Shown in pieces: positions 11,597 through 23,900 of a DNA stretch of 64,000 bases (within the stretch, counting starts at the first letter, position 1; each line of letters opens with the position of its first letter). The notes under the pieces are model-generated. The model did not search any database. It was not told the origin of the DNA and saw only the letters and a program-made list of their open reading frames with translations. Position numbers and translations under genes: made by a program. Source of the DNA: Takakia lepidozioides (Eukaryota; Plantae; Bryophyta); contig CM060731.1 in NCBI GenBank assembly GCA_030704615.1, forward strand, positions 23,188,001-23,252,000, given 5' to 3'.

Positions 11597-14029
11597 CTCA
11601 CTATTTCCACCATCACGACTATCAACCTCCCTGCTGATGCACAAGACGCTATGCACCTATACTTCCAGCCGGACACCCTTCCTTTATATACCAATACAAC
11701 ATCTTGCTAACCCCACTTTTTGCCCCCTACCCTCCCCAAATTCACTAACATCCCCCTCCATTCCCCTACGACTGCCCCACCTACATTTCCACCTTTGGCC
11801 TCCCAGCCTACCCATAACCCTGCCGTCTCAGTCCCACACCTCCCACAACTTCAAAGCCTTTCCACCATACCACCTCCTCTTCTCTCCTCCTTATTGTCCT
11901 CATCTCCCCTTTGCCCAAGAATGTAATGACTTACCTTACGTCCCAACCAGATTCCAACTCATTTTTCCTCCTTCCTCAACACTCACTTACAAGACCTACC
12001 CACACATCCAGCACACTACTTGGCCCCACCACATGCTTGACAACCTGATCTCCACACGTCCCAAACCTTTTACAAAGTCCCAATCCCGGAGTTTATACAA
12101 CACATGCTTGGTGATTCATCTAGCGTTTGCACGCCACCTCTGCCCCGGACTTCGCACTACCATAACAAAATTCCCGTTTCTTCTCTCTGCCAACATCCTG
12201 ACAGCTACGCTTAACGGCTGCCCAGCCCTCCCAGGGTTCCACCCCCCCAGCTAACCCACATCTTCCATCTTCCTTCGCCACCACACCAGGTGTAATCCCA
12301 CCCCCAATCTGCATCTTCACCCGCTACAAACCTCGCTCCCACAACGCCGAACACCCCCCCCGATCTACAGTCAGACTCCTTTAAACTCACCACTTGGGAA
12401 TGTCGGATCCCTTGCCACCAGTATCCAAGTTCTGATACACTCCTCACAACGCCTCCATGCCCCCACACACATTATTCTCATCCAAGAAACCAAACTAAAC
12501 ACTAACAACACCAACAGCTCCTATATTAACAAACTCTTACCAGCCTACTACCTCCTCTATGGGACCCCCATGACAGCCACACAATGTCTCCCTCCGTCGT
12601 CGCTCCGCCCCATACTGTCCTACCGGGGTGGTGTGGCACTTGGCATCCCTTCCGCACCCATCACTCTCCCCAGCACCACCACCAAAGTTATAGTCCCATC
12701 CCTCTTCCGATCTCACCTTCAAATTGTCCACCTTGCATCTCCCTGCACTTAACGCCCATCACCTCTCATCCCACTTATATATGCCATCCCATTTGAGGAC
12801 CTATCCCTGATACCCCGACATATTGGACACAATCTCTAACACAATCAAGCTGCAAACCCCCGCGCACCAACATCATCACTATATACTGGCTGACGACTCA
12901 ACCGGGACATTGGCTCTATCGGGCCCCCAACATATAACGGAGTCCAAAACCCCATCCCCCTCTTGAAACCGAGACTGGGCCCTTTTCATACATAACCATC
13001 ATCCTCAGATACATACCTTTCAAACTATCACTATTGAGGCAAGGGGGCCTTAACTACTCCACTTTAAGCCTATAGATGGTTTTCTATCTAAAAGTCACCC
13101 AATGATATCCCCGCATACCTTTACAAACCATATTCATATCAATAGCATATGCAACTCAGACCATTACCCATATCTGTCTCTCTCCCACCATCCCTCATCC
13201 CCATCCGTCCCTCCCACTACTATCCAAGCCCAAGACCCCCAACCCCGTCCTCCTCTTACCTTTACCCCAACATAATATCCACCCACACATTTCTAAACCA
13301 CTTCCACCAACCTCAAGCCTCACTCCCTTACCCAAAAACTCTCCTACACCCCTTCCGACACAAAATGGCGTAGTCCCCTGAGGATTCCTGGTTCGGGCCG
13401 AGCGTACCCTCACAACCATCCTCCAAGAAATGACCAAAAGCGTGTTGGCAACATGCTCGACCCCCCAGGACCTCCCCCAGACTACCCGATCCAAACAAAA
13501 TGGAGGATACCTTACCCGCTCACAAAAACGTGTCTGGACCTCTCACCTTAACACCCATCATACCATACGCCGTGCCCTTACTATCATCCCCAATCCTCCC
13601 CATCCAACAATCATCACACAGAATGGAGACGAGACCCCCCGCATTATTTGCCTAACTCTCTCTCCCAGTATGGCCATGCCCTCTTGCCCCTCCTATGGAC
13701 CACAATTACCATCCCAAATTGGGTTGCTGCCCGTCGCCAAGCTAGAAGGACGCAAAAAACCCCCTCATATCTTTATAAAACCAAACAAAAAGCTAGCGAT
13801 AACCACAAAAGTTTATCACCTCCTTGGCCAGCTCCTACATGACCATCCTAAAAGAGCACAAAAAGCCATCTTTAACCCTACGCTCAATCCACCAATTGAC
13901 TACCTTAAACCTCGACTGGCGCACTTCTTGACAAGCCCCACTAATATCAACAAAGAAATATGGATACAAGCATTCGCTTCCTATACGCCCGCTGTCGCAA
14001 ACTGCCTACACCCTGACCACCACCAAATG

Positions 14030-15040
14030 GTGTCAAATTCGGTGCCGCAATCACTTAACGCTCTCACCTGTAATTTGCAGTGACATCGAGGACCCTGCCT
14101 TCAACATCCGTACACGTTTCCATGAGCGTCTGGATGAATGCAGGACTCCTGGTCCTGCCATACCTCCACGGCTTGCCCGACAAATCACAAAGCATGTCCT
14201 TCTCTCCCACATGGTTGAAGATGACGTTATATACAATACTCAGTGGATCAACTGTGGGAATCAAAAAGTCTTCCTGCTTGACGTAATTTGAATTTCGAAT
14301 GTTCCTTCACGAAGCAGAATGCCTGAAAGATAAGAGTCTGCAAAGAAGGAAATGAAAACGTTAGAGGTGGCCTACACGTACATGGGCAATTTCGGCGCAG
14401 AAATTGGCCATAGCAAGGAGAAACCACAACATACCTTCTGGCCATTGTTTAGAAGACCCCTGCGTGTTGATGCAAGTCCAGATCTTTTTCAGATGGGTGC
14501 TACACTTCTCCCCGTCCATACTTTGATATCATTCTCAGTGACTTCTCCACCATCGGCTGCTAGCACAACAACACAGCCACCAGCGTCGTCCAACATGTTG
14601 GCTGCGAACCCGAATGTGTGGCTCCAGTATCTTTTGTCGTACTTGTTCCACCAGGGTAGTGAGCCCAGCCCCAGTATCTCCTGCCCATCCGGGATATCCA
14701 CAAGGATCATGTCGATGGAGGCTTTCACCACCCTTCCCCCAAATGTGCTCTTTTTGCCGTGGCTCATCGCCACAAAATACTCCATCATCTTTGTGTAGCC
14801 AGGAGTGTCCTCCATATCATTGCCAGTGGCCTTCCTCTTCCCCTTCCCTTGGTGGGCCTCGATCGCCTTCCTCAATCTCGTTATCTCCAGCCTTCTGGTC
14901 AGAGCAGTTAGGAAATTTTCATTAACACACTCCACAATTGTGGGTGTTTTGAGGACTTCCCTACTCGCAATGAGCACCGCACGGTAGGGTCTGCCAGGTG
15001 CATCCTCGCATAGTGATCTCTTTGCAGACGAACAAGCACT
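14030..15040 (-). pseudogene. Beta-class N6-adenine/N4-cytosine DNA methyltransferase-like gene fragment with an intron, embedded in the LINE RT region
   Basis: IDMILVDIPDG (motif IV, DPPY-like, ~14685-14717) precedes KPWRYGRTRSPAFIQTLMETCTDVEGRVLDVTA (motif X-I-like, ~14075-14175). GT-AG intron 14434-14338 contains the GGCGC palindrome. Frameshifts present. Confidence 0.6.
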
Positions 15041-16586
15041 ACGGAATACTCCAGTTCATACTATGGTACTACCCCCCCCTATTCCTATCCTACGCGGTAC
15101 CATCCAGGGTGATACCCTCAGTCCATACCTCTTTATTATCTTTTTAGAACCTCTACTAAGATGGTTAGCACGCAGAAATCTCAGGTATCACTATAAAACC
15201 TCCCTTAATGAAATCTCCGTTGCCGCATACGCTGACGACCTTGCTATTCTAGCTCACAAACCCCAACACCTCAACCGACAAGTCAGCAAGTTATTCCGCT
15301 TTAACTTATGGTCCGGCATGGAACTTAGCCTCCACAAGTGCGCCATTACCGCAACAACCCACCGCAGTAAATTAACAAAAATTGCGATGGCTTCTCATTG
15401 TAAACTCTATATCCATTACCTAAACAACCCCTTCCCCTTTTTGGGACCCGATGAGCCTTACACATACTTAGGTATCCAGCAGTCCCATCACTCACCTGGC
15501 ATGTGCAAAAGACCACCACACTTGCTAAGCTCTCTAACAAAAGCCTGGCTCTTCTTAAATCCCCTGTCTCCATTAGACCCAAACTATCAATCATTAGCTC
15601 TGTGCTTAAGCCACAAGTCCAATACTCTTTTCACGCCGCTCCTTTCTCCCTACCAGTCTCAAAGTACTAGACAACACATCACTCAACTAACCAGCGAATA
15701 TGTGGCTTACCTACCAGTACTCCTAGTGCCTCACCAACTCCCGACAGACTGTTACGGCGTCGCTCCGCCCCCTGATTATTTCATATGCTCGAACCCTTGG
15801 TACCCAACTACAAGAAGCACTCAATGACCCTGGACGCCTAGGACTTATTTACCGCGGACTTCTTAAATTCCTAGCCCACAAATTCAATGGACTACAAGCC
15901 TTCCCATCTCTTCATTCCCAATCTTGCCTACACTCCCCCACGGCACGTACCCTACTCATCCTACGACAAATGCGTATCAGCATCCAAACCGACCTACGCG
16001 GCTATCCTAACATGATACCACGCTGGAACCGCTCTAAAATACCAGCCCCTCCCTCTCCCATTTTGAACGCCTTCATCCCCGCCAAAAGCGCTCCCTCCTC
16101 ACCTATTTCAAAGAATGGCATATCACTCATCTCACCCAACTTACCACCGCCACAGGGACTCAACTTATAACCCCGGGAGAATTCACACTTAAACATTCTC
16201 GTGCCATAGCCAACAACATGCAGGTTCCTCCAACACCTACGTACCCTACTCTACCACCCATCCGCATCATGTACCCTTGAATGCGATCTTCCATGCTCAC
16301 TCTTCCCTCATACCCAACGCAACTTACTACCTGCCTACAGATCAGGCCCACCCCCCTCTATTCTCCACACGCTTAGGGCATCCCAAACCGCAGAACACTT
16401 GGTACTAGAGACACCCCATCCACATCCACCTCCCCTATTCCATCTCCCCACTCGGATAGGGACTCGTCCCAAACCCCTCCTGCCTGCATCCACATGCCAT
16501 TCCTTACGCAAACTACTTCCACCCTAGCTCCCACCTCACGTGGCACTCCTGCAACTCATCAGGACCACACAGATAACCCCGAAGCA

Positions 16587-16730
16587 TACGTTATCGAAGC
16601 CATCCTAGGTATTAAACCCCAAACTTCTACAGACTCATATGGGGCCACTTGTGTTGATACCTATTACCTATGCCAATGGGCCGGCTATACAGCTGATGAT
16701 AACTCATGGAAAATTGAGGATGACCTCTTT
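16587..16730 (+). other. Chromodomain-like segment within the LINE ORF2
   Basis: YVIEAILGIK...YYLCQWAGYTADDNSW matches Y.VE.I...Y(L/Y)VKW.GY...DN(S/T)W. Confidence 0.75.
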
Positions 16731-17209
16731 GGCTCACATGATGACTGCGACCCCGCCCACAATCTCCACACTCCTCACCAACATTCCACAACGTACCGAC
16801 ACTAACTACCTCGCGCATACCCACCAACAACATATCTCCCAAACCCAACCCAAAGATGCTCGACACGTACATCAACCACTTACTGCCCCCAACGTACACA
16901 TACACATTACTGAATGCAATCCAGATAAGGATATCCTACACACCTCCCCCACAATCTGTCAAGACCCTCGTATGTCAACTATCTACACCTTCAACGGCCA
17001 TTTTCTTGGCCTCATTCCCAATGACAGACTACATGGCTATGGGCTAAATACTCTACTTTCCTCCCCCTTGTGACGCTCAAATCCACCCACCCCGCCAAGA
17101 CTTTCGCTACCGAACTCAGTTGGCTTGCTACCCGCTATACCTCCAGACACTCCTCCAAAAAAACCCCGTTCCTTGACAAAACTATCACAAGCATTTGCTC
17201 ATACTACTA

Positions 17210-17520
17210 TCCCCCTGGATATCCTCTCTCTGCTCATTACCACTTTTGAACTCACTCATTCATATTATTCCTGTCCGCTTACGTGCCCGATGGGAATCAC
17301 AACTTTTGCTAGCCCCCACCCCCGATACTACATCTTCGGAGCCACCGGACATGCCACCCAACACACATGGGCAGGGAGGGGATTTCCCCCCCCCCCCTTC
17401 AGCCCCCTCACACATGTGGCCCTCCAATGGGCCCTTATGGCCACACAGTCCTCCCCATCAAGCGTCACGATCATTTACTCACTCACCAAAAGCTACCCAA
17501 CAGTCCCCACCCCCTCCTAC
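17210..17520 (+). other. PCIF1(CAPAM)/Dam-like adenine methyltransferase-like segment within the LINE ORF2
   Basis: HSYYSCPLTC....FASPHPRYYIFGATGHATQHTWAGRGF(P)PPPF parallels PCIF1-type ECFASPLNC...YCS....D.YFGS.G......GSFEANPPF. The NPPF position falls in a C homopolymer and is unreliable. Confidence 0.5.
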
Positions 17521-19885
17521 AATTCCCAACCCGTGTAACACTCCTCGCCGCTATCGAACCTAACCAACTCCGTACAGTTACATCCACACCCCACCCCTCC
17601 CCAAATACCTTCTTACAAAGAACCCACCCTTACCCTTCTTCTTCATGTCCAACAAACCACACAACACATTTCACCCATACCTCCCACCTTCCCTGCCCTA
17701 CTGGATCAACTCCTTAGCGTCACTCACAAGCTAAAAACCACCATCTACCCCCAGCATCTCACACACCCAGTCCTCACAATTCCACCACCTGGCCCACTCC
17801 CTAGGATTAACTCAAGCAAGGCATGGAATAGGACGCTACCACCCCCCGCCTGTCCCCTGCCCCACCTACGCTCCCCCCGCTCCTCCCCCTCCTACTGCCA
17901 ATCTATACCTCCCAAATTTCCGCCATCCCACTCCCACCGACATACCGACGGCTCCCTCAATGGCTCCCACGTAGGTTATGGAGTATACCATGCCGCTACC
18001 AATCAAGGCACCGCTCACAGACTTCCTGGTCCTGCCACCATACTTCGTGCAGAACTAATGGCAATATTTGAAGCGCTGACCCAACTATACTCTTTTCCCC
18101 CTCCACATTATATCTTCACAGACAGCCTCACCTCGCTCTTTCTCATCCGTAACCACCTCCCATCTTCTCACCATTATCACTCTAACCGTAATCTCATCAC
18201 AACCATCGCCAACCTAGCTATCTCCATCAACCAACCCATTCACTTTATCAAAGTACACGCACACACAAGTATCCGGGGGAACGAGGCTGCCGACCTTCTT
18301 GCCCAGGAAGGTGCCGACGAACCCCCTATTGACCCTACCAATGATCCCATCCACATAGCACATACCCACCCATTCTGGCTAATACACCCAATACCCGACC
18401 CCCTAGAACCCCGACCCATACGCAACCTTTTGAAATCCCTTACTCGAGAAGCCAATAAGCAAACCTCGAGATCTGCTAGCCAAACTAAACTATACACACA
18501 GAAATGGACACAATCCGGTATACTCCATAACAAACTCTCGAACTACTTCTGGCACTCCAAAGCAGCTACTGACGCCCAAATCAAAACAGACGCTTAAATT
18601 CCGATACGCACAATATATGGGACATCAACATAAACACATATTCTGGCCACGCCTTTTCCCATCCCCGCATTGTCCCCTCTTTTTTCATACCCACCCAAGA
18701 CGTGACACCTGGCACACCTTCTTAGGCCAATGTACACACCCGGTCATCCATGGGCTTCGTATAACACCCCGCCATAACCAAGCAGTCTGGCACAAATCAT
18801 ACCTCCTCCTCTATCGCGCCGAGACAAGATTGGTTCTCGCTAATCATGTTGGCACTTACCAAGAGGACGACCCCCACCACAAACACCGTCCCCCCACTTG
18901 ATTCTCCCTTGTACTTGCTCCCACCCCCCGTGCACCTGCCCCGCCAGACTATGCCATACATCTTGGCTCGTACTGGTTTACCCATAACTCCCCCCCACCC
19001 ACCGCCTCCCGCTACCAACCCCAAACCTTACCATCTACTTTATTGAATTTACATACTGCCATGATCGATACCCCGCTGATTCAACGCTAGACAAACGGCT
19101 TAAATACGTGCCACTTATCCTTGCGCTTGGACATAAGGGCTGGGTCATTGGTCCTTTGATGGTTATCATGGCTGGCACTCGAGGTGGCATTCATAACGCC
19201 ATAATCGATGCACTACACACTAACTTCAAACTCCCGATCATCTCCATTCATAAATGTCTCAAAGCAATACACCTCACACCCCTCTGCTCCCTCACACACA
19301 TTATTACTAACAAACGTAAACTTGAATCTAACCCTTCTTTGGCTTCCCGGGTACCTCGGGTACCCTAGGTATCCAAGGTAACCACGGTACCATTGCTCCT
19401 CTAGACTCCTAGTGTCCTATGGACACCTTTTTTTGAGAGGGCCCCCCCCCGAGAGGGTGCAGTAGCCGTGAGACGAAGTGGCTCTTAGTTACGCCGACTT
19501 TGGCCGGAGTCTTCTCTCTCTCTCTCTCTCTCTAGCATGGTTATTTGTGAAACCCTCGCGGACAGTCACAGAAGTATATATAGGGAGTAGTAACCCCGAG
19601 AACGGTGCAAGCCCGTTGGTGACCAAAAACTAGTGAGTAAGCGTGCGAGCCGGAAAGCGACCAAGGTGTGGGGAGCTGTTTGGATTGCCATCAACCAAAG
19701 GGATTTTTCACTTGGCCCAAATTGAGAGAGGGTCTCGTGGAGGAGTAAAAGGGGGGACCATTATGTCCCGGTGAGCAGCCGAAACTCCAAGTTGGCCCGG
19801 CAGCCAGGTTGGGAGTTAGGCGCGCGCATCAAAGTGAGTAATTATGACTTGAAGGGGAGCTTACCGAAGTGAGGTGTACGACACT

Positions 19886-19897
19886 TGGTATCAGAGC
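19886..19897 (+). promoter_or_regulatory. Primer-binding site complementary to initiator tRNA-Met
   Basis: TGGTATCAGAGC immediately after the LTR-terminal CA. Confidence 0.9.
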
Positions 19898-20249
19898 TTA
19901 GAGTTCAGTACGCGATCGTCCTTGGGATCGGCCTCATCATGGGTCGGCAAGCCAAAGCGAAAGCAGAACGGCCCAAAAGATGATGATCCTGGTGAGCCCG
20001 ATGTGGGCGACGTGTCACCGAAGCGGCCATTTGAGGAAGCGATGCATGCTTTTGAAAGCGAGGCCGCTCAAGAACGGGAGGAATCTGAGGAGTTGGAGCC
20101 TGAGGAATTCCTGAGAGCTCCGACAGACCAACAGATGTCTCCCATGCCAGCAGCCTTTTTGGAAGGGTTGTTGGCGCAGTTTGGCGGGACGTTGAAAGAC
20201 GTGTTGAAGGTGGCTAATGCCACTTCCACTAAGGCAAAGGGTGAATGCA

Positions 20250-20976
20250 GGGTTGATTGGACCAAAATGGACGTTACTGGCACAATTTTAGATGACTGCA
20301 ATGAATGGTGTCATCAATTGAATTTGAATGAACTCATTAAAACCAGCAAATATATATTTCATTGGATTCCTAGCTTCAAGATGCACCCATAGCAACTCTC
20401 CAATCATAAATCCGATAAGAAATGACTCCGCTATGGACTTTTGAACACCGTCATTGTGGACTGTTACCGCAGTGAATGAAGTTACAATGGACTCAAGTTC
20501 TCCTATGTGCCATTGGTGAATTCCATTGAAATTTGGACATAAGGTGGCTATTTTGGTCCACATCTTAGGTATGGATTTGAAGTGGCAAAATCATTTGTCA
20601 TTTGACTCATATGGACTAATATATGTAAAAACAATAGGCGTTTTTTGAAAAATCCATAGCTCATCTTGTTTTCTGGATTTTGGGTGTCATTTTTTTTTCT
20701 AGAACTATATAAACCTATATTCTTCAATGGCTAGGTGGCATATTGAATGTTTTTTTGTAAACTCTAATTTTTAGTTTTTCATAATTTCTCTAAATAATAG
20801 ACTAAAATATTTAATAAATTATATCTATAATATTTGGGATAGGACTCTTTACTAAATATGTTCAGTATACCATTATCTATCACTAAACAAATATTTTGGA
20901 TAGTATCATCAATTTTTTGTTTTTTGGTCATGGATTTTCATGGAGCAGGATCTGCCGTTTTTGGTCCACTCAACCC
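20250..20976. mobile_element. Non-autonomous TIR element (MITE) inserted in gag
   Basis: TIR GGGTTGA(T/G)TGGACCAAAA at both ends, flanked by TGCA (20246-20249 and 20977-20980). AT-rich interior. Gag homology resumes after it. Confidence 0.85.
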
Positions 20977-23900
20977 TGCAACTGCCCCAAAGTTTAAGGT
21001 GAAGCCTAAGGAACCCGGCACCTTCGAGGGCGTCCAAAATCAGAAGGCACTCAATATCTGGCTCTTGGAGCTAGAACAATACTTCCATACTTCCTTCCGG
21101 CGGCCAGTTTGAGTGACGAGGATCGGGTGGAAGTGGCTCCCACCTATTTGAGGGGCTATGCTCAACAATGGTGGCAGAAACACCTTCAACGAGACGAGGT
21201 CCAAACCGGAAACCTTGAACTGGAGTGGGTTCAAGGAACTTATGAAGAGACAGTTTATGCCCCTCAACGCGTCCTGGCTCGCCCGAGACAAGATGAGGAA
21301 TTTGAAGCAAACAAATGACATTCGGGGATATGTTCAGGCTTTCAATGTGCTGTTGCTCGAAGTCGCGGACATGGCAGAATCAGAAATGGTCTTCAACTTT
21401 GTGGCGAGATTGGCCCCATGGGCCAGGCGGAAGTTGGAGGAGAAGCCACCTAAGACTTTGAATGAGGCAATTGAGAGGGCTGAATGTTTCTCTCGGATGT
21501 CCCCTAGGGGCGAAAGACAAGGCCGTACGGAGCTGAACCACAAGAATGCCCGGCGGGAGGGTGACTCCTTCCGACCGAAAAGAGTGGGATAGGCCACGCG
21601 GCCACAATGGCACGTGGAAATCGAAGGGAGGGCCTTCACACGTCAAGGTGGCACCCGGTGCTCTGAAAGGAAAATCAGGTGCGGCGGCTTATGGCAGACA
21701 AAATGCGACCTTCGATGGAATGTGCTTCAATTGCGGGGAGCCCAGGCACATGGCTAAGAAGTGCACGAAGCCCCGTCAATTGAACATGACTCGGGCAACC
21801 ATGGAGCTGTCCAAAGATACCATCAGCCACTTGGTGGAAGCAATGGTCGCCAAGACTTGCAAGATAGGCAACTACTCTTGTGAGTTGTATCAGGAGACTG
21901 ACGCCCTGCGTAAAGAGAATCAGTTAATGTTCGTGAGTGGGATAATTTCCGGAACTAACGTGTCGTTGTTGGTGGACACATGAGCGTCGCACTCCTTCAT
22001 GACACCGGCAACGACACGAAAGCTGGGGCTCCCGACAAGTGACGTGGGGGCCTCTATTGAGGTGCGTTCTGCCAAAAGAGAACCACAATTGGCGACGAGG
22101 TTGGCGTTCGATGTTCCTCTTCAGCTCGGGAGTTGGAAATGACGTAAGAACTTCACCATTTGCAAGATCGATGGAGTGGATCTCATTTTGGGGATGACCT
22201 TTTTGAGCAAATCCGGAGCGGTCATAGATGGCCGCAAGAGAATAGTCACGCTACCGTGTGGGAATGGTGGCAAAAATTTACGAGTGTCGGAAACGCCCAA
22301 CCCAGTGGGAGGGCGAATAAACCTGCTATCAGTAAGGGAGTGGGCCATGGAGGAGCTACACGAGCCCCAGTTTTTGCTTTACGTAAGACAAGAAAGGGGA
22401 GAAGGCAATGGGGAGCCGAGCCCACTTTGGATCAAGGGGATTTTGGAGAAATATCAGGATGTGATGCCGGAGGATTTACCACGCGGCTTGCCACCGCGAA
22501 GAGGAGTTGACCACAAGATTGAGGTGATACCGGGATCAGAGCCGCCTGCCAAGGCGCCCTACCGGTTGAGCCACAGGGAGTTGGTCGAGCTGAAGACTCA
22601 GCTCAAGGATCTAATGTCAAAGGGGTACATCCGGCCGAGTAAGTCACCTTACGGAGCCCCAGTGCTATTCGCAGACAAGAAGGATGGGACGCTGCGGATG
22701 TGTGTCGATTACAGGGCTCTGAATAAGGTGACTATAAAAAACCGATACCCTTTGCCAATGATCGACAACCTCTTCGATCGGTTGGCAGGAGCGAAGTATT
22801 TCAGCCGGATCGATTTGCGCTCCGGATATCATCAAATTCGAGTGGCGGAAGGAAATGAAGAGAAGACCGCGTGCAGGACAATGTATGGTTCACATGAGTT
22901 CTTGGTGATGCCTTTTGGGCTCACCAACGCACCCGTAACCTTTAGCACGCTAATGAACAGCCTTTTCCAGGAGTGGTTGGACAACTTTGTGATCGTGTAC
23001 ATCGACGACATCTTGGTGTACTCGAAAACAAAGGAAGGGCACCTGGAGCACCTCAAAAGGGTGTTCCAGAAATTACAGGAATGGAAGCTGTATGCCAAAG
23101 CTTCAAAGTGCGAATTCGGGGTCACAAAAGTGGAGTTCCTGGGGCATGTGATTACACAGGATGGGATCAAAATAGATGACAGAAAGGTGAGAGGGATCTT
23201 GGACTGGGAGCCTCCGACTTCGGTCCCGAGAGTGTGATCCTTCTTAGGACTCGCCTCCTATTACCGAGAGTATGTGAGAAATTTTGCCAAGATCGCGGGG
23301 CCGCTGTCAGACCTTCTGTGTAAATCCAAGGTATAGGTATGGAACACCTTTTGTGACCAAGCTTTTGCCGAGTTGAAGCAGCGGATGGCGGAAGCTCCAG
23401 TCCTGAAAATCTCGGAGTTCGACCGCCCATTTGAGATTCATACGGATGCGTCGAACTTTGCGATTGGAGGTGTACTCATGCAGGATGGACGTCCAGTGAC
23501 TTACGAAAGTAAGAAACTGAATGAAGTGGAGCGATGGTGGCCAACGCACGAGAAAGAGATGAAGGCGGTGGTGCATTGCCTTCAGCTTTGGCGCCACTAT
23601 ATTGGTTCCAACTCGATGAAGGTGTTCACGGACAATGTCACGGTGAAGTATTTTGCCACGCAGCCTAAGTTGTCCCCAAAACAACTTAGGTGGCAAGACA
23701 CTTTCGACGTGGATATCCAGTACAAACCGGGACGGGACAATGTGGTGGCCGATGCTTTTAGTAGAAAGCAGCAGCTCATGTTGGTGTACAAGGGTGAGAT
23801 GGCGCTCCAGTGGAAGATCTGGAAGGCTTACCGGAAGGATGAGATGACGAAGTCTGTGATGCGGGACTTGAAGATGGGGGTTAAATCGCAGTTCCACTTG

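Larger units (their letters stand above)
8820..19533 (+). mobile_element. Dualen/RandI-like dual-endonuclease non-LTR retrotransposon, heavily frameshifted
   Basis: Putative ORF1 8862-9761. APE motifs 12385-13170 (LTTWNV, HIILIQETKL, GGVAL, YMP, IDGF, NSDHYP). RT 15063-15480 (RGTIQGDTLSP, YADDL, YTYLGI). RNase H 17941-18310 (TDGS, RAELMAI, IFTDS, KVHAH..GNEAAD). Zinc knuckle ~18670-18735. RLE 18770-19300 (RHN, P[Y]IL, IEFTYCHD, KY.PL, AGTRGGIH). Stop 19368 and (CT)10 tail 19514-19533. Confidence 0.8.
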
